Below are positions 15,575 through 23,672 of a DNA stretch of 25,707 nt, one piece after another. Position numbers and translations under genes: made by a program. A model generated the notes under the pieces. The model made no database searches. It saw only the letters and a program-made list of their open reading frames with translations, and had not been told where the DNA came from. Numbering within the stretch: position 1 is the first letter of the stretch; each line of letters begins with the position of its first letter. Source of the DNA: Alphaproteobacteria bacterium. GTDB taxonomy: Bacteria > Pseudomonadota > Alphaproteobacteria > UBA6615. The stretch spans positions 1-25,707 of the forward strand of contig JBLHHE010000001.1 in the NCBI GenBank assembly GCA_047616465.1, in the 5' to 3' direction.

Positions 15575-17362
15575 ATGACCGACTACAATGCGCCCGTCAA
15601 AGACATGCGGTTTATCTTCGATGAGCTTTGCGACCTTGAAGGTTTGAACGGCCTGCCAGCCTTCGCCGATGTCACGCCCGATCTGGTCGACCATATATTG
15701 AACGAGTCGGCGAAATTCACCGGCGAGGTGGTGGCGCCGCTCAATCAAAGCGGCGACCAGCAGACATCAACGCTCGACGCCGGCGTGGTGACCACACCGG
15801 ACGGTTTTAGGCAAGCCTATGCGCAATTCGTCGAGGGCGGTTGGAACGGCACGCCTTTTAGACCCGAAGATGGCGGCATGGGCCTACCGTGGACGCTGAC
15901 CACGGCGCTGCAGGAGATGTGGCAATCGGCCAATCTGGCCTGGTCGCTCTGCCCGCTGCTGACCATCGGCGCCATCGAGGCGGTGATCGCCCACGCCACG
16001 CCGCAATTGCGCGCCGCCTTTCTGCCCAAACTGGTGAGCGGCGAGTGGACCGGCACCATGAACCTGACCGAACCCCAAGCGGGCACCGATCTGAGCCTGC
16101 TGAGGACCCGCGCCGAGCGTGAGGGCGGCCATTACCGCATTAAAGGGCAGAAGATTTTCATCACCTTCGGCGAGCAGGATTACACCGACAATATCGTTCA
16201 CCTGGTGCTGGCCCGCCTGCCCGACGCGCCGCCCGGAGTGAAGGGGATCAGCCTGTTTCTGGTGCCGAAATTCCTGGTCAACGAGGATGGCAGTCTGGGC
16301 GAACGCAACGATGTGTACGCGGTCAACCTGGAGCACAAGCTGGGGATCCATGCCAGCCCCACCTGCGTCATGGCTTACGGCGACCAGGGCGGCGCCATCG
16401 GTTATCTGATCGGCGAAGAGCATGACGGTCTGCGCTGCATGTTCACCATGATGAACAATGCGCGCCTCAATGTCGGCCTGCAGGGCGTGTCGATCGGCGA
16501 ACGCGCCTACCAACACGCTGTCGAGTACGCCAAGTCGCGGGTCCAGTCGGCGCCGATCAGCGGCGGTGGCGAATCGGCGACCATAATCCAACACCCCGAT
16601 GTGCGGCGCATGTTGATGATGATGCGCGCCCAGGTCGAAGCGATGCGCGCCATCGCCTACTACACCAACGCGGCGTTGGATGTGTCGCGCCACCATGGCG
16701 ACGAAGCGGTGCGGCGCGCCAATCACGCGCGTATGGATTTGCTAACCCCCGTGGTCAAAGCCTGGTGCACCGATCTGGGAGTCGACATCGCTTCAATCGG
16801 CGTTCAGGTGCATGGCGGCATGGGCTTTATCGAGGAAACCGGCGCCGCCCAGTATCTGCGCGATTCCCGCATCGCCCCCATCTACGAGGGCACCAACGGC
16901 ATCCAGGCGATCGACCTGTTGGGGCGTAAGCTGCTGCGCGATGGCGGCGGCGCCATGAGCGACCTGCTCGACGAGATGGAGCAAGTCGATGCCGCCCTGG
17001 TCGCCACCCAGGACGCCGATTGCGCGGCCGTCCAGAAATCCCTCGCCGAAGGCCGCGCGGCGTTACGCAAAGCATCCGACTGGCTGCTCGATCCCAAGAA
17101 CAACGATATCGACACGAAATTTGCCGGCGCGACACCGTTTCTGCATCTGACCGGTACTGTGGTCGGTGGCTGGCTGATGGCCCGCTCCGCACTCGCCGCC
17201 TACCGCAGGTCGGCCAATGGCGGCGACCGCTCCTTCCTCGATGCCAAAATCGTCACCGCGCGATTCTACGCCGAACATGTGATGCCGCGCGTCCACGCCC
17301 TGTTGCCCGAAATAACCGAGGGCAGCGGTTCGGTGCTAGCGCTGGCCGAAGACCAGTTCTAA
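15575..17362 (+). CDS. Long (~595 aa) acyl-CoA dehydrogenase, DmdC-like subfamily
   Basis: YNAPVKDMRF, GTMNLTEPQAGTDL, GQKIFITFGE, KGISLF, EHKLGIHASPTC, MMNNARL, QVHGGMGFIEET, IYEGTNGIQAIDL. Confidence 0.92.
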   Translation: MTDYNAPVKDMRFIFDELCDLEGLNGLPAFADVTPDLVDHILNESAKFTGEVVAPLNQSGDQQTSTLDAGVVTTPDGFRQAYAQFVEGGWNGTPFRPEDGGMGLPWTLTTALQEMWQSANLAWSLCPLLTIGAIEAVIAHATPQLRAAFLPKLVSGEWTGTMNLTEPQAGTDLSLLRTRAEREGGHYRIKGQKIFITFGEQDYTDNIVHLVLARLPDAPPGVKGISLFLVPKFLVNEDGSLGERNDVYAVNLEHKLGIHASPTCVMAYGDQGGAIGYLIGEEHDGLRCMFTMMNNARLNVGLQGVSIGERAYQHAVEYAKSRVQSAPISGGGESATIIQHPDVRRMLMMMRAQVEAMRAIAYYTNAALDVSRHHGDEAVRRANHARMDLLTPVVKAWCTDLGVDIASIGVQVHGGMGFIEETGAAQYLRDSRIAPIYEGTNGIQAIDLLGRKLLRDGGGAMSDLLDEMEQVDAALVATQDADCAAVQKSLAEGRAALRKASDWLLDPKNNDIDTKFAGATPFLHLTGTVVGGWLMARSALAAYRRSANGGDRSFLDAKIVTARFYAEHVMPRVHALLPEITEGSGSVLALAEDQF

Positions 17363-17444
17363 TCGCTAAGCCCCTCTCCTTTTGGACGAGGTTAAGTTGC
17401 TCGGCTCCCCTCAAGAAGCACGTTCTAAAATCAATTTTTTGCTC

Positions 17445-17460
17445 TGTGACCCCTGTCACA
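17445..17460. promoter_or_regulatory. CRP-family binding site
   Basis: TGTGA-CCCCTG-TCACA is a perfect TGTGA-N6-TCACA, preceded by an A/T-rich tract. Confidence 0.7.
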
Positions 17461-17493
17461 AGCGGATAACCGCGGCACGTGTAGTCTCTCCAT

Positions 17494-17570
17494 ATTGCTC
17501 CTGTGTCAGGAAGCAATAATTCCCCTGAACGGCGGGCAGAACAGATAGTTCGCCCGCCGTTCAACCTTTC
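17494..17570 (+). ncRNA. Candidate sRNA under CRP-family control
   Basis: -10-like TAGTCT at 17482-17487, hairpin 17493-17518, single-stranded ATTCCCC, 16-bp hairpin 17526-17563, then CCTTTC. No ORF with an SD. Confidence 0.45.
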
Positions 17571-17580
17571 AGACTATGAA

Positions 17581-17610
17581 TTGCGTGCGATGGAAATCCG
17601 TCGTTATAAT
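17581..17610 (+). promoter_or_regulatory. Sigma70 promoter of the HCCA-isomerase-like gene
   Basis: TTGCGT-N18-TATAAT. Confidence 0.55.
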
Positions 17611-17646
17611 CCGGCACCCCCACCCCCATCAGCTTGAAGAGGCATC

Positions 17647-18248
17647 ATGTCCGCGCCCATAGATTTCTACTTTGCCTGCCCATCGCCCTGGTCTTACCTG
17701 GCGATCGACGAATTGAAGCGCCTCGCCGATGCCAACGGGCGCACTATCGCCTACAAGGCGATCGACGTCGGGCGCTCGTGGAGCGAGGCCGGCTCCGGCC
17801 AGCCCCTCGGCAACCGACCCCAGGTGTTGCAGGATTATCGCCTGGTCGAGCTGCCCCGTTGGGCCGCCTGGAGAGGCACCGAGATTAACTCTCATCCCAA
17901 GCACTTCCCCACCCCCTTCCACCTATCCTCGAATGTCATCATCGCTGCGCGCCAAACTGGCGCCGATGTCTACCCGCTGACCCGGGCGCTGATGCGCGGC
18001 TGTTGGGTCGATGATTTGCATATCTCGGATAGCGATACCGTCGGCAAAATCGCCGACCGCCTGGGTCTGGATGGTGCAGAGCTTTCGCCGCCGCGAAAAC
18101 CCAAGCCGTCGCCGACGAGATGACCGCCAACACCGACGAAGCACTGGCGGCCGGCGCCTGGAGCGTGCCGTCGATTGTGGTCGATGGGGAATTATTCTTC
18201 GGACAGGACCGGCTGGAAATGGTCGCCTGGCGGCTAGCGGGGAACTAA
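17647..18248 (+). pseudogene. 2-hydroxychromene-2-carboxylate isomerase / GST-kappa (DsbA-fold) gene with a 1-nt deletion near 18083-18085
   Basis: IDFYFACPSPWSYLA N-terminus. The C-terminal FAAAKTQAVADEMTANTDEALAAGAWSVPSIVVDGELFFGQDRLE continues in the -1 frame to TAA 18246-18248. Span is 602 nt, one short of 201 codons. Confidence 0.85.
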
Positions 18249-18291
18249 GCCCCCGCTGGCGGATGAGGGACACACAAAGTCCTCTTATGCG

Positions 18292-18852
18292 CTACCCCGC
18301 GCCATTCGCGGCGAGCCAGGAAACCGCATCGGCCAGCGAGCCGACCAGGGCATCGGCCTTGGTATGTTCCGGCGCTTCGTCGGAATCCACCAACAGCTTT
18401 TGCCCGACGCCGGCGCTGATCGCCGCTTCAATGTCGGTCTCCCGGTCGCCGACCATGGCCGACGCCGCCAAGTCGAGGCCCAGCGCCTCGCGCGCCTTGA
18501 ACAGCATGCCCGGACCCGGCTTGCGGTCGATCGATTCTCTTTTATAGATGCCGATCCCTTCTTCGGGGTGGGTCGGCGCGTGAAACACCCGCGCAATATC
18601 AATGTTCTGATCCGCGAACCGCGCGCACATCCATGCGGTCAATTTCTGAAAATCATCTTCGCTGAACAGCCCGCGGCCAATGCCCGCCTGATTGGTGATG
18701 ACAACCAGATGGTAGCCCAACGTCCGGGCCTGCCGGCACGCGTCGAACACCCCGTCGCGGAAGATAAAGTCTTCGGGCCGCCAAATGTAGCCAACATCGA
18801 CATTGATGACGCCATCGCGGTCGAGGAACAGCGCTTTTTCGCCCGCCGCCAT
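18292..18852 (-). CDS. gmhB: D-glycero-D-manno-heptose 1,7-bisphosphate phosphatase-like HAD phosphatase
   Basis: ALFLDRDGVINVD, VVITNQAGIGRG, RKPGPGML, MVGDRETDI. Confidence 0.85.
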   Translation of the reverse strand: MAAGEKALFLDRDGVINVDVGYIWRPEDFIFRDGVFDACRQARTLGYHLVVITNQAGIGRGLFSEDDFQKLTAWMCARFADQNIDIARVFHAPTHPEEGIGIYKRESIDRKPGPGMLFKAREALGLDLAASAMVGDRETDIEAAISAGVGQKLLVDSDEAPEHTKADALVGSLADAVSWLAANGAG

Positions 18853-18855
18853 GAC

Positions 18856-20529
18856 TTAATCCGCGTTTGCCGCCGCAACCCGCTCGCGCATCTGCGTGAG
18901 CGTTATGTTGCTGGACAATAATTCTTCGCTGACGATCAGTTCGATCACCGCCGGACCGCCGGCGGCCAGGGCGCGCTCGAAGGCCGGGGCGAACTGCTCG
19001 GTGGTCTCGACCCGCTCGCCGCTGGCGCCGAACGATTTCGCCCAATCGACAAAGTCCGGGTTGACCAGATGGGTCGCCGGTGACCGCCCGGGATATTCGC
19101 GTTCCTGATGCATGCGGATGGTGCCGTACATGGAATTGTTGGCAATAATCAAAATGATGCCGAGATTATGGCGCATGGCCGTGGCCAACTCGTTGCCGGT
19201 CATCAAGATGCCGCCATCGCCGGCGTAGCAGATCACCGTTGCCTCAGGCCGCGCCACCTTGGCGGCGACCGCCGCCGGCATGCCATATCCCATGGCGCCG
19301 TTGGTCGCGCCCAACAATGTGCGGTAGCTGTGGAACGGAAAGTACCGGCCCGCCCAGCCGGCAAAATTACCGGCATCGGTGGTAAGGATCGTGTCTGCCG
19401 GCGCTAAATCGCGTAAATCGTGAAAGATCTTAGCCAAATCGAGCGGTCCCGGGGTCGCCGCGGGGATACGCCACGCCTCATAGTCGGCCCGCGCGGCCTG
19501 GGTCCAATCGTCCCACGCCGATGTATCGGCCTGCTGGCTTTGCCGGGCGGCCGCGACGAACGACGCAACCCCGGCGTTTATCGCCAAATCGGGCTGGTAG
19601 ACCCGCCCCAACTCCTCGGGGTCCGGGTAGATATGAACCAGTCCTTGGGCCGGATTGGGCGCCGACAACAGCGTGTAGCCCTGCGTCGTAATCTCACCAA
19701 GCCGCGCGCCAATAACGATCAACAGATCGGAGTCGCGCACCCGCTGGGCAAGCTTCGGGTTGGTGTTAATGCCCACCTCGCCGGCATAATTGGGATGGCG
19801 ATTGTCGATGATATCCATAGCCCGAAACGATGTGGTGACCGGCAGATTATTGGCCGCCGCGAAGGCCTCCAAATCGGTGCCGGCCTGCGCCGACCAGCCC
19901 CCGCCGCCAACCAGGACCAGCGGGGTACGCGCGGCCTGCAGCATCTCGCGAAGCCGCGCCATATCGCCCTCGCCCGGCTGCGCCGCAACGGGCTGGAAAG
20001 CGGGCGTGTCGGCAATCTCGAGCAGATCGGTCAGCATATCTTCCGGCAAAGAGACAACGACCGGGCCGGGCCGTCCCGAAACGGCGGTCGAAAATGCCCG
20101 CGACACGATTTCCGGCAACCGGGCGGCATCGTCGACCTCGACCACCCACTTGGCCAGCGGCGCAAACATCGCTTCATAGTCGACTTCCTGAAACGCTTCG
20201 CGACCGCGAAAGCCGCGCGGTATCTGGCCAACGAACATCACCATCGGCGAGGAATCCTGCAGGGCGGTATGAACGCCGATGCTGCCGTTGCACGCCCCGG
20301 GCCCGCGGGTGACAAACGTGACACCGGGCTTGCCGGTGAGCTTACCGTAGGCCTCGCCCATGAACGCGGCGCCGTTTTCGTGCCGGCATGTGATGACGGA
20401 TATGGCGTCTTCGGCATCGTGCAATGCATCGAGCACAGCCAGGTAACTTTCTCCGGGGACGCAAAACACCGTATCGACGCCGTGCACCTGTAGGGCGTCG
20501 ACTAAAACCTGACCACCTGTACGTTTCAA
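18856..20529 (-). CDS. Thiamine diphosphate-dependent enzyme (acetolactate synthase large subunit-like)
   Basis: VPGESYLAVLDAL, CRHENGAAFM, VTRGPGACN, FQEVD, GAMGYGMPAA, ThDP motif GDGG...NNSMYGTIRMHQE. TTG start follows GGGAGG. Confidence 0.93.
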   Translation of the reverse strand: MKRTGGQVLVDALQVHGVDTVFCVPGESYLAVLDALHDAEDAISVITCRHENGAAFMGEAYGKLTGKPGVTFVTRGPGACNGSIGVHTALQDSSPMVMFVGQIPRGFRGREAFQEVDYEAMFAPLAKWVVEVDDAARLPEIVSRAFSTAVSGRPGPVVVSLPEDMLTDLLEIADTPAFQPVAAQPGEGDMARLREMLQAARTPLVLVGGGGWSAQAGTDLEAFAAANNLPVTTSFRAMDIIDNRHPNYAGEVGINTNPKLAQRVRDSDLLIVIGARLGEITTQGYTLLSAPNPAQGLVHIYPDPEELGRVYQPDLAINAGVASFVAAARQSQQADTSAWDDWTQAARADYEAWRIPAATPGPLDLAKIFHDLRDLAPADTILTTDAGNFAGWAGRYFPFHSYRTLLGATNGAMGYGMPAAVAAKVARPEATVICYAGDGGILMTGNELATAMRHNLGIILIIANNSMYGTIRMHQEREYPGRSPATHLVNPDFVDWAKSFGASGERVETTEQFAPAFERALAAGGPAVIELIVSEELLSSNITLTQMRERVAAANAD

Positions 20530-20691
20530 ACCGCCCTCCCTGACCGCAAAAATATCTACAGTTCGATGGCGATTCCACCCGCCGCCAACGCCAGCGAACC
20601 TAGCATCGTCGTCACGTCTCGCAAACAGCCCACGCCGGCGGCAATTTCAAATGTGGTAAACAACTATGCGTTGAGATAATGTAGGGCGAGC

Positions 20692-21651
20692 TTGAATACA
20701 TGCATACCTAATGCGAGTTTTTCCTTGGCCGACTTCCCCACCTCTCCTGCAAAACCAACAATTTACATTGTCGGAAACCAGCCCCTCCCCGAGGCGTTGC
20801 TCGACGTGTACCCGAAATGGGCGCGCCGGTTCGATCATAGATCGACGGCGATCGTACCGGTCGCCGCGCCTTCGGAGTCCGATGCCACCTGGTATCAGCG
20901 TTTCACCGAATTCCTGCGCGACGAATATCACGCCGTTGGCGCCGTTATGGCGTCGCAAGCCACGCCGCTGTTCGAACATGCGCGTCACTTGTTCGATGGG
21001 TTCGACGATGATGCGGAATTGTTGGGCGAGATCGGCGTTGCGGTTCGTGCGCCGGGCACCCTAACCGCCCGGTCACCGGCAAAGATTGCGGCCCAGCAGG
21101 CTTATGAACATACATTCGGGGACGATAGCGACCCGTCGGAAATCCTTATCATCGGCGCCACAGGGCCGGCCCGCGCCTTGGCCTTGGCGTTGAGTAATTC
21201 TGCCGGCGCTTCCAATCCGCGGCGCGTCTGCCTCACCACGCTCGACGGCAAATCGATGACCGATATGCGCCAGCGCGTTGCCGAATTGCCCGAAGACAGG
21301 CGTCCCACGCTGCGCCATATCCAGTCTCAATTGGAACATGACCGGCTGGTCACCTTGTTGCCACCGGGAAGCCTGGTCGTGAACGCCACCGGGCCAGCCG
21401 ACGAAGATACCCCCTCACCGGTCGGCTCGGCCGCTCTGTTCCCGCAAAACGGCCTGGTCTGGGATATCGATGCGGTCGGCATCAGTTCCCCTTTTCTCGA
21501 CAAGGCCCGGCAGCAACGGCGCGAGCGCGGCCTGCGTTTAGCCGATGGGCCGGTGTTTCACCAGTATCAATGGCTTGCCGCGGCCACCGCAATTTTTGGC
21601 GCGACGCCAACCCCGGCCGACACCCAAGAAATGCTGAAGCAGATCGGGTAA
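20692..21651 (+). CDS. Divergent shikimate-dehydrogenase-like Rossmann protein
   Basis: ILIIGATGPARALA, GSLVVNATG, GLVWD, LADG in AroE-like order and length (~320 aa). The catalytic motifs are degenerate. The TTG start is uncertain. Confidence 0.6.
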   Translation: MNTCIPNASFSLADFPTSPAKPTIYIVGNQPLPEALLDVYPKWARRFDHRSTAIVPVAAPSESDATWYQRFTEFLRDEYHAVGAVMASQATPLFEHARHLFDGFDDDAELLGEIGVAVRAPGTLTARSPAKIAAQQAYEHTFGDDSDPSEILIIGATGPARALALALSNSAGASNPRRVCLTTLDGKSMTDMRQRVAELPEDRRPTLRHIQSQLEHDRLVTLLPPGSLVVNATGPADEDTPSPVGSAALFPQNGLVWDIDAVGISSPFLDKARQQRRERGLRLADGPVFHQYQWLAAATAIFGATPTPADTQEMLKQIG

Positions 21652-21666
21652 ATGAGATGTCCCCTC

Positions 21667-21777
21667 ACCCTTCGAGACGCGATCTACGATCGCTCCTCAA
21701 GATGAGATCCGATTATTAATCTCCAGAGCTATCCTCATGCTGAGGAGCCGGCAAAGCCGGCGTCTCGAAGCATGGAG
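21667..21777. repeat. REP-doublet / REPIN-like element, copy 2
   Basis: Inverted units at 21667-21707 and 21733-21773 with a 25-nt spacer. Same conserved arms as 9271-9375 and again between convergent genes. Confidence 0.85.
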
Positions 21778-21812
21778 AGTCGCTTTACCGCAACGCTACC
21801 GGCCGCAACTGC

Positions 21813-22718
21813 CTAAAGATACTTGGCGTACCATTCGAGGACCTCGACCTTCTGAATTTCGTGCAATTCGGGATTGGTCATGTAGTAGGAATCGTAGTGC
21901 TGGGCATTGGGAATCTTGAGCAGTTTCTTAGGCTCGCCCAGGGCTTCATAACATTCGAGCTGCTCGGCCACCGGCACCAACATGTCGAACTCGGAATAGA
22001 CCATCAGCACTGGCCGCGGCGAGATGTGGCCGGCGACCCATTCCGGCTTGAACCGCCAGCACGCGGCGGCGCTTTCCAAATCATATTCCGGGTTGAACCG
22101 GTGGTCCTGGGAATGGAAATTCGCGATCACGTCGGCGGTATGGGGGTCGAGCAACATGATCTCACCCAGTGGCGCGGTGGTTTTCTCGCCGGTTAACACG
22201 CGCTTGCGCTCGGCCTCTTCGACCTGCGCCTTGAAGGCCTGCCACTCGTGGGGCCGCCGCACACTGCGCATCCAGCGCTCGCCGTCCGACACCATCACCG
22301 CCGAGACGATCACCTTGACGCGCTCATCGAAGGCGCCGCACCAGATAGCGTTGGCGCCGCCCCAGCTGGAGCCGTAATAAGCGATCCGCTCGGGATCGAC
22401 GCCATCGATGGTCTCGAGATAGGTCACCGAATCATAGGTTGCCTGCGCCTGCTCCAAAGGGCGATGACGGCCGCGTTCGCCCTCGCTGACGCCAAATCCC
22501 GGATAGTCCCAGGACAGCACGAAATAGCCCGCCTCCCACAGCCATTGGGGCACATCCATGCCGTAGACATCTTTCATGCCGCTATAGCCGTGTAGGCAGA
22601 CGATGGCAGGCCGGGCGGCGTCGCCGGGTTTCCAGTCCTTCGGCCGATAGAGGAACCCGGCGATTTTCCGGCCATCGGAGTAATATTCGACTTCGTCCCA
22701 AACCTTTTCGCGCGCCAT
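21813..22718 (-). CDS. Serine alpha/beta hydrolase
   Basis: AIVCLHGYSG, WDYPGFGVSEG, VDPERIAYYGSSWGG nucleophile elbow, YSEFDMLVP (acid), AQHYD (His). SD GAGGGG. Confidence 0.88.
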   Translation of the reverse strand: MAREKVWDEVEYYSDGRKIAGFLYRPKDWKPGDAARPAIVCLHGYSGMKDVYGMDVPQWLWEAGYFVLSWDYPGFGVSEGERGRHRPLEQAQATYDSVTYLETIDGVDPERIAYYGSSWGGANAIWCGAFDERVKVIVSAVMVSDGERWMRSVRRPHEWQAFKAQVEEAERKRVLTGEKTTAPLGEIMLLDPHTADVIANFHSQDHRFNPEYDLESAAACWRFKPEWVAGHISPRPVLMVYSEFDMLVPVAEQLECYEALGEPKKLLKIPNAQHYDSYYMTNPELHEIQKVEVLEWYAKYL

Positions 22719-22756
22719 CGGTCTTCCCCTCATCCGTTATTTTCTTTTATTGTCGT

Positions 22757-23647
22757 TCAACCGAGCGATACGTACCAGTCGCGCAATGCGCTGCCGATAT
22801 CGTCGGGCGAATCCTCCTGGGGATGATGCAGGCCGCGCACCGAGACTTCCGTCTGGTTGGGCCAACTGCGAATGATCTCCAGATCGCGCTCGAATATAAT
22901 CTGGCCCGGTTCGACGTTGATAAACAATTTGGGCAGCCTGTTTTCCGCCATCCACACGGCGAGACCTTCCACGATCTCGGCTACGTCCTTGGGATCGCCC
23001 GCAACCGGTATTTGCCGCGGCCAGGTCAGGGTCGCGCGGCGCCCTTCGCCGGCTTGAGCATAGGGGCGGCGAATTTCCGCCATGGTTTCGGCATCGATGT
23101 CGCGCATCACCCCGGCGGTGAAAATTTTCTCGACGAAGAAATTCTCTTCGAGCACCAATTGCTCGCCCTCGGGGCCGCGCAAGAGTTGCAGCATAGCGCC
23201 GACCGCATCGGGGTAGTCGTCGTAGCTGGCGTGATCGCACACCAAGGTCTCGCAGTGCGCCAGTCCCTTGATCGCCAGGGGATGGCGCCGCGCCCAGGTC
23301 AGGCCCAGCGGACCGCCCCAATCGTGCATCACGAACGTCACATTGTCGCTGACACCGAGCGCCTCCAGGGTGGCGTCAATAAACGTCTGGTGCTCTGCCA
23401 GGGTGTAAGCATCGGGTCCGGAATGTTCCAGCTTGGCGGAATCGCCCTGACCGATATTGTCGATGGCGATCAGCCTGCCCCTGCCCGACAGATAGGGCAT
23501 GATATTGCGCCACATATACGACGAGGTCGCATTGCCGTGCAGGAAGACCACCGGATCGCCTTCGCCCTCATCCGTATACGCCATGGCGTGACCGTGAACC
23601 TCGACGGTTTTCTTTTCATACGGCATGGCCGCGCTGATCGTCGTCAT
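22757..23647 (-). CDS. Haloalkane dehalogenase-family protein, paralog 2 (HLD-II / LinB-like)
   Basis: HGNATSSYMWRN, VMHDWG, HCE, TLTWPRQIP, GLHHPQEDSP. ATG 23647 follows GAGGA. Confidence 0.9.
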   Translation of the reverse strand: MTTISAAMPYEKKTVEVHGHAMAYTDEGEGDPVVFLHGNATSSYMWRNIMPYLSGRGRLIAIDNIGQGDSAKLEHSGPDAYTLAEHQTFIDATLEALGVSDNVTFVMHDWGGPLGLTWARRHPLAIKGLAHCETLVCDHASYDDYPDAVGAMLQLLRGPEGEQLVLEENFFVEKIFTAGVMRDIDAETMAEIRRPYAQAGEGRRATLTWPRQIPVAGDPKDVAEIVEGLAVWMAENRLPKLFINVEPGQIIFERDLEIIRSWPNQTEVSVRGLHHPQEDSPDDIGSALRDWYVSLG

Positions 23648-23672
23648 TTCGGTTTCCTCGTTAATATCAATA

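Noticed and set aside
17431-17493. 20-aa minus-strand ORF (MERLHVPRLSACDRGHRAKN) with AGGAG, antisense to the sRNA candidate, suggesting a type I toxin-antitoxin
   Set aside because: The peptide is hydrophilic with no TM helix, the SD spacing is short, and there is no convincing minus-strand promoter.
17548-17562. Second GTTC-N7-GTTC LexA-like box
   Set aside because: It has an all-GC spacer and is a by-product of the hairpin's 3' arm. It does not overlap the downstream promoter.
18094-18099. Programmed -1 frameshift at CGA-AAA rescuing the HCCA isomerase
   Set aside because: It is not a canonical slippery heptamer. The -1 frame already reads plausible FAAAK from 18084, which places the lesion at the T-run.
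9271-21777. CRISPR array from the repeated palindromes
   Set aside because: There are only two inverted doublets 12 kb apart, with no direct-repeat/spacer periodicity and no cas genes.
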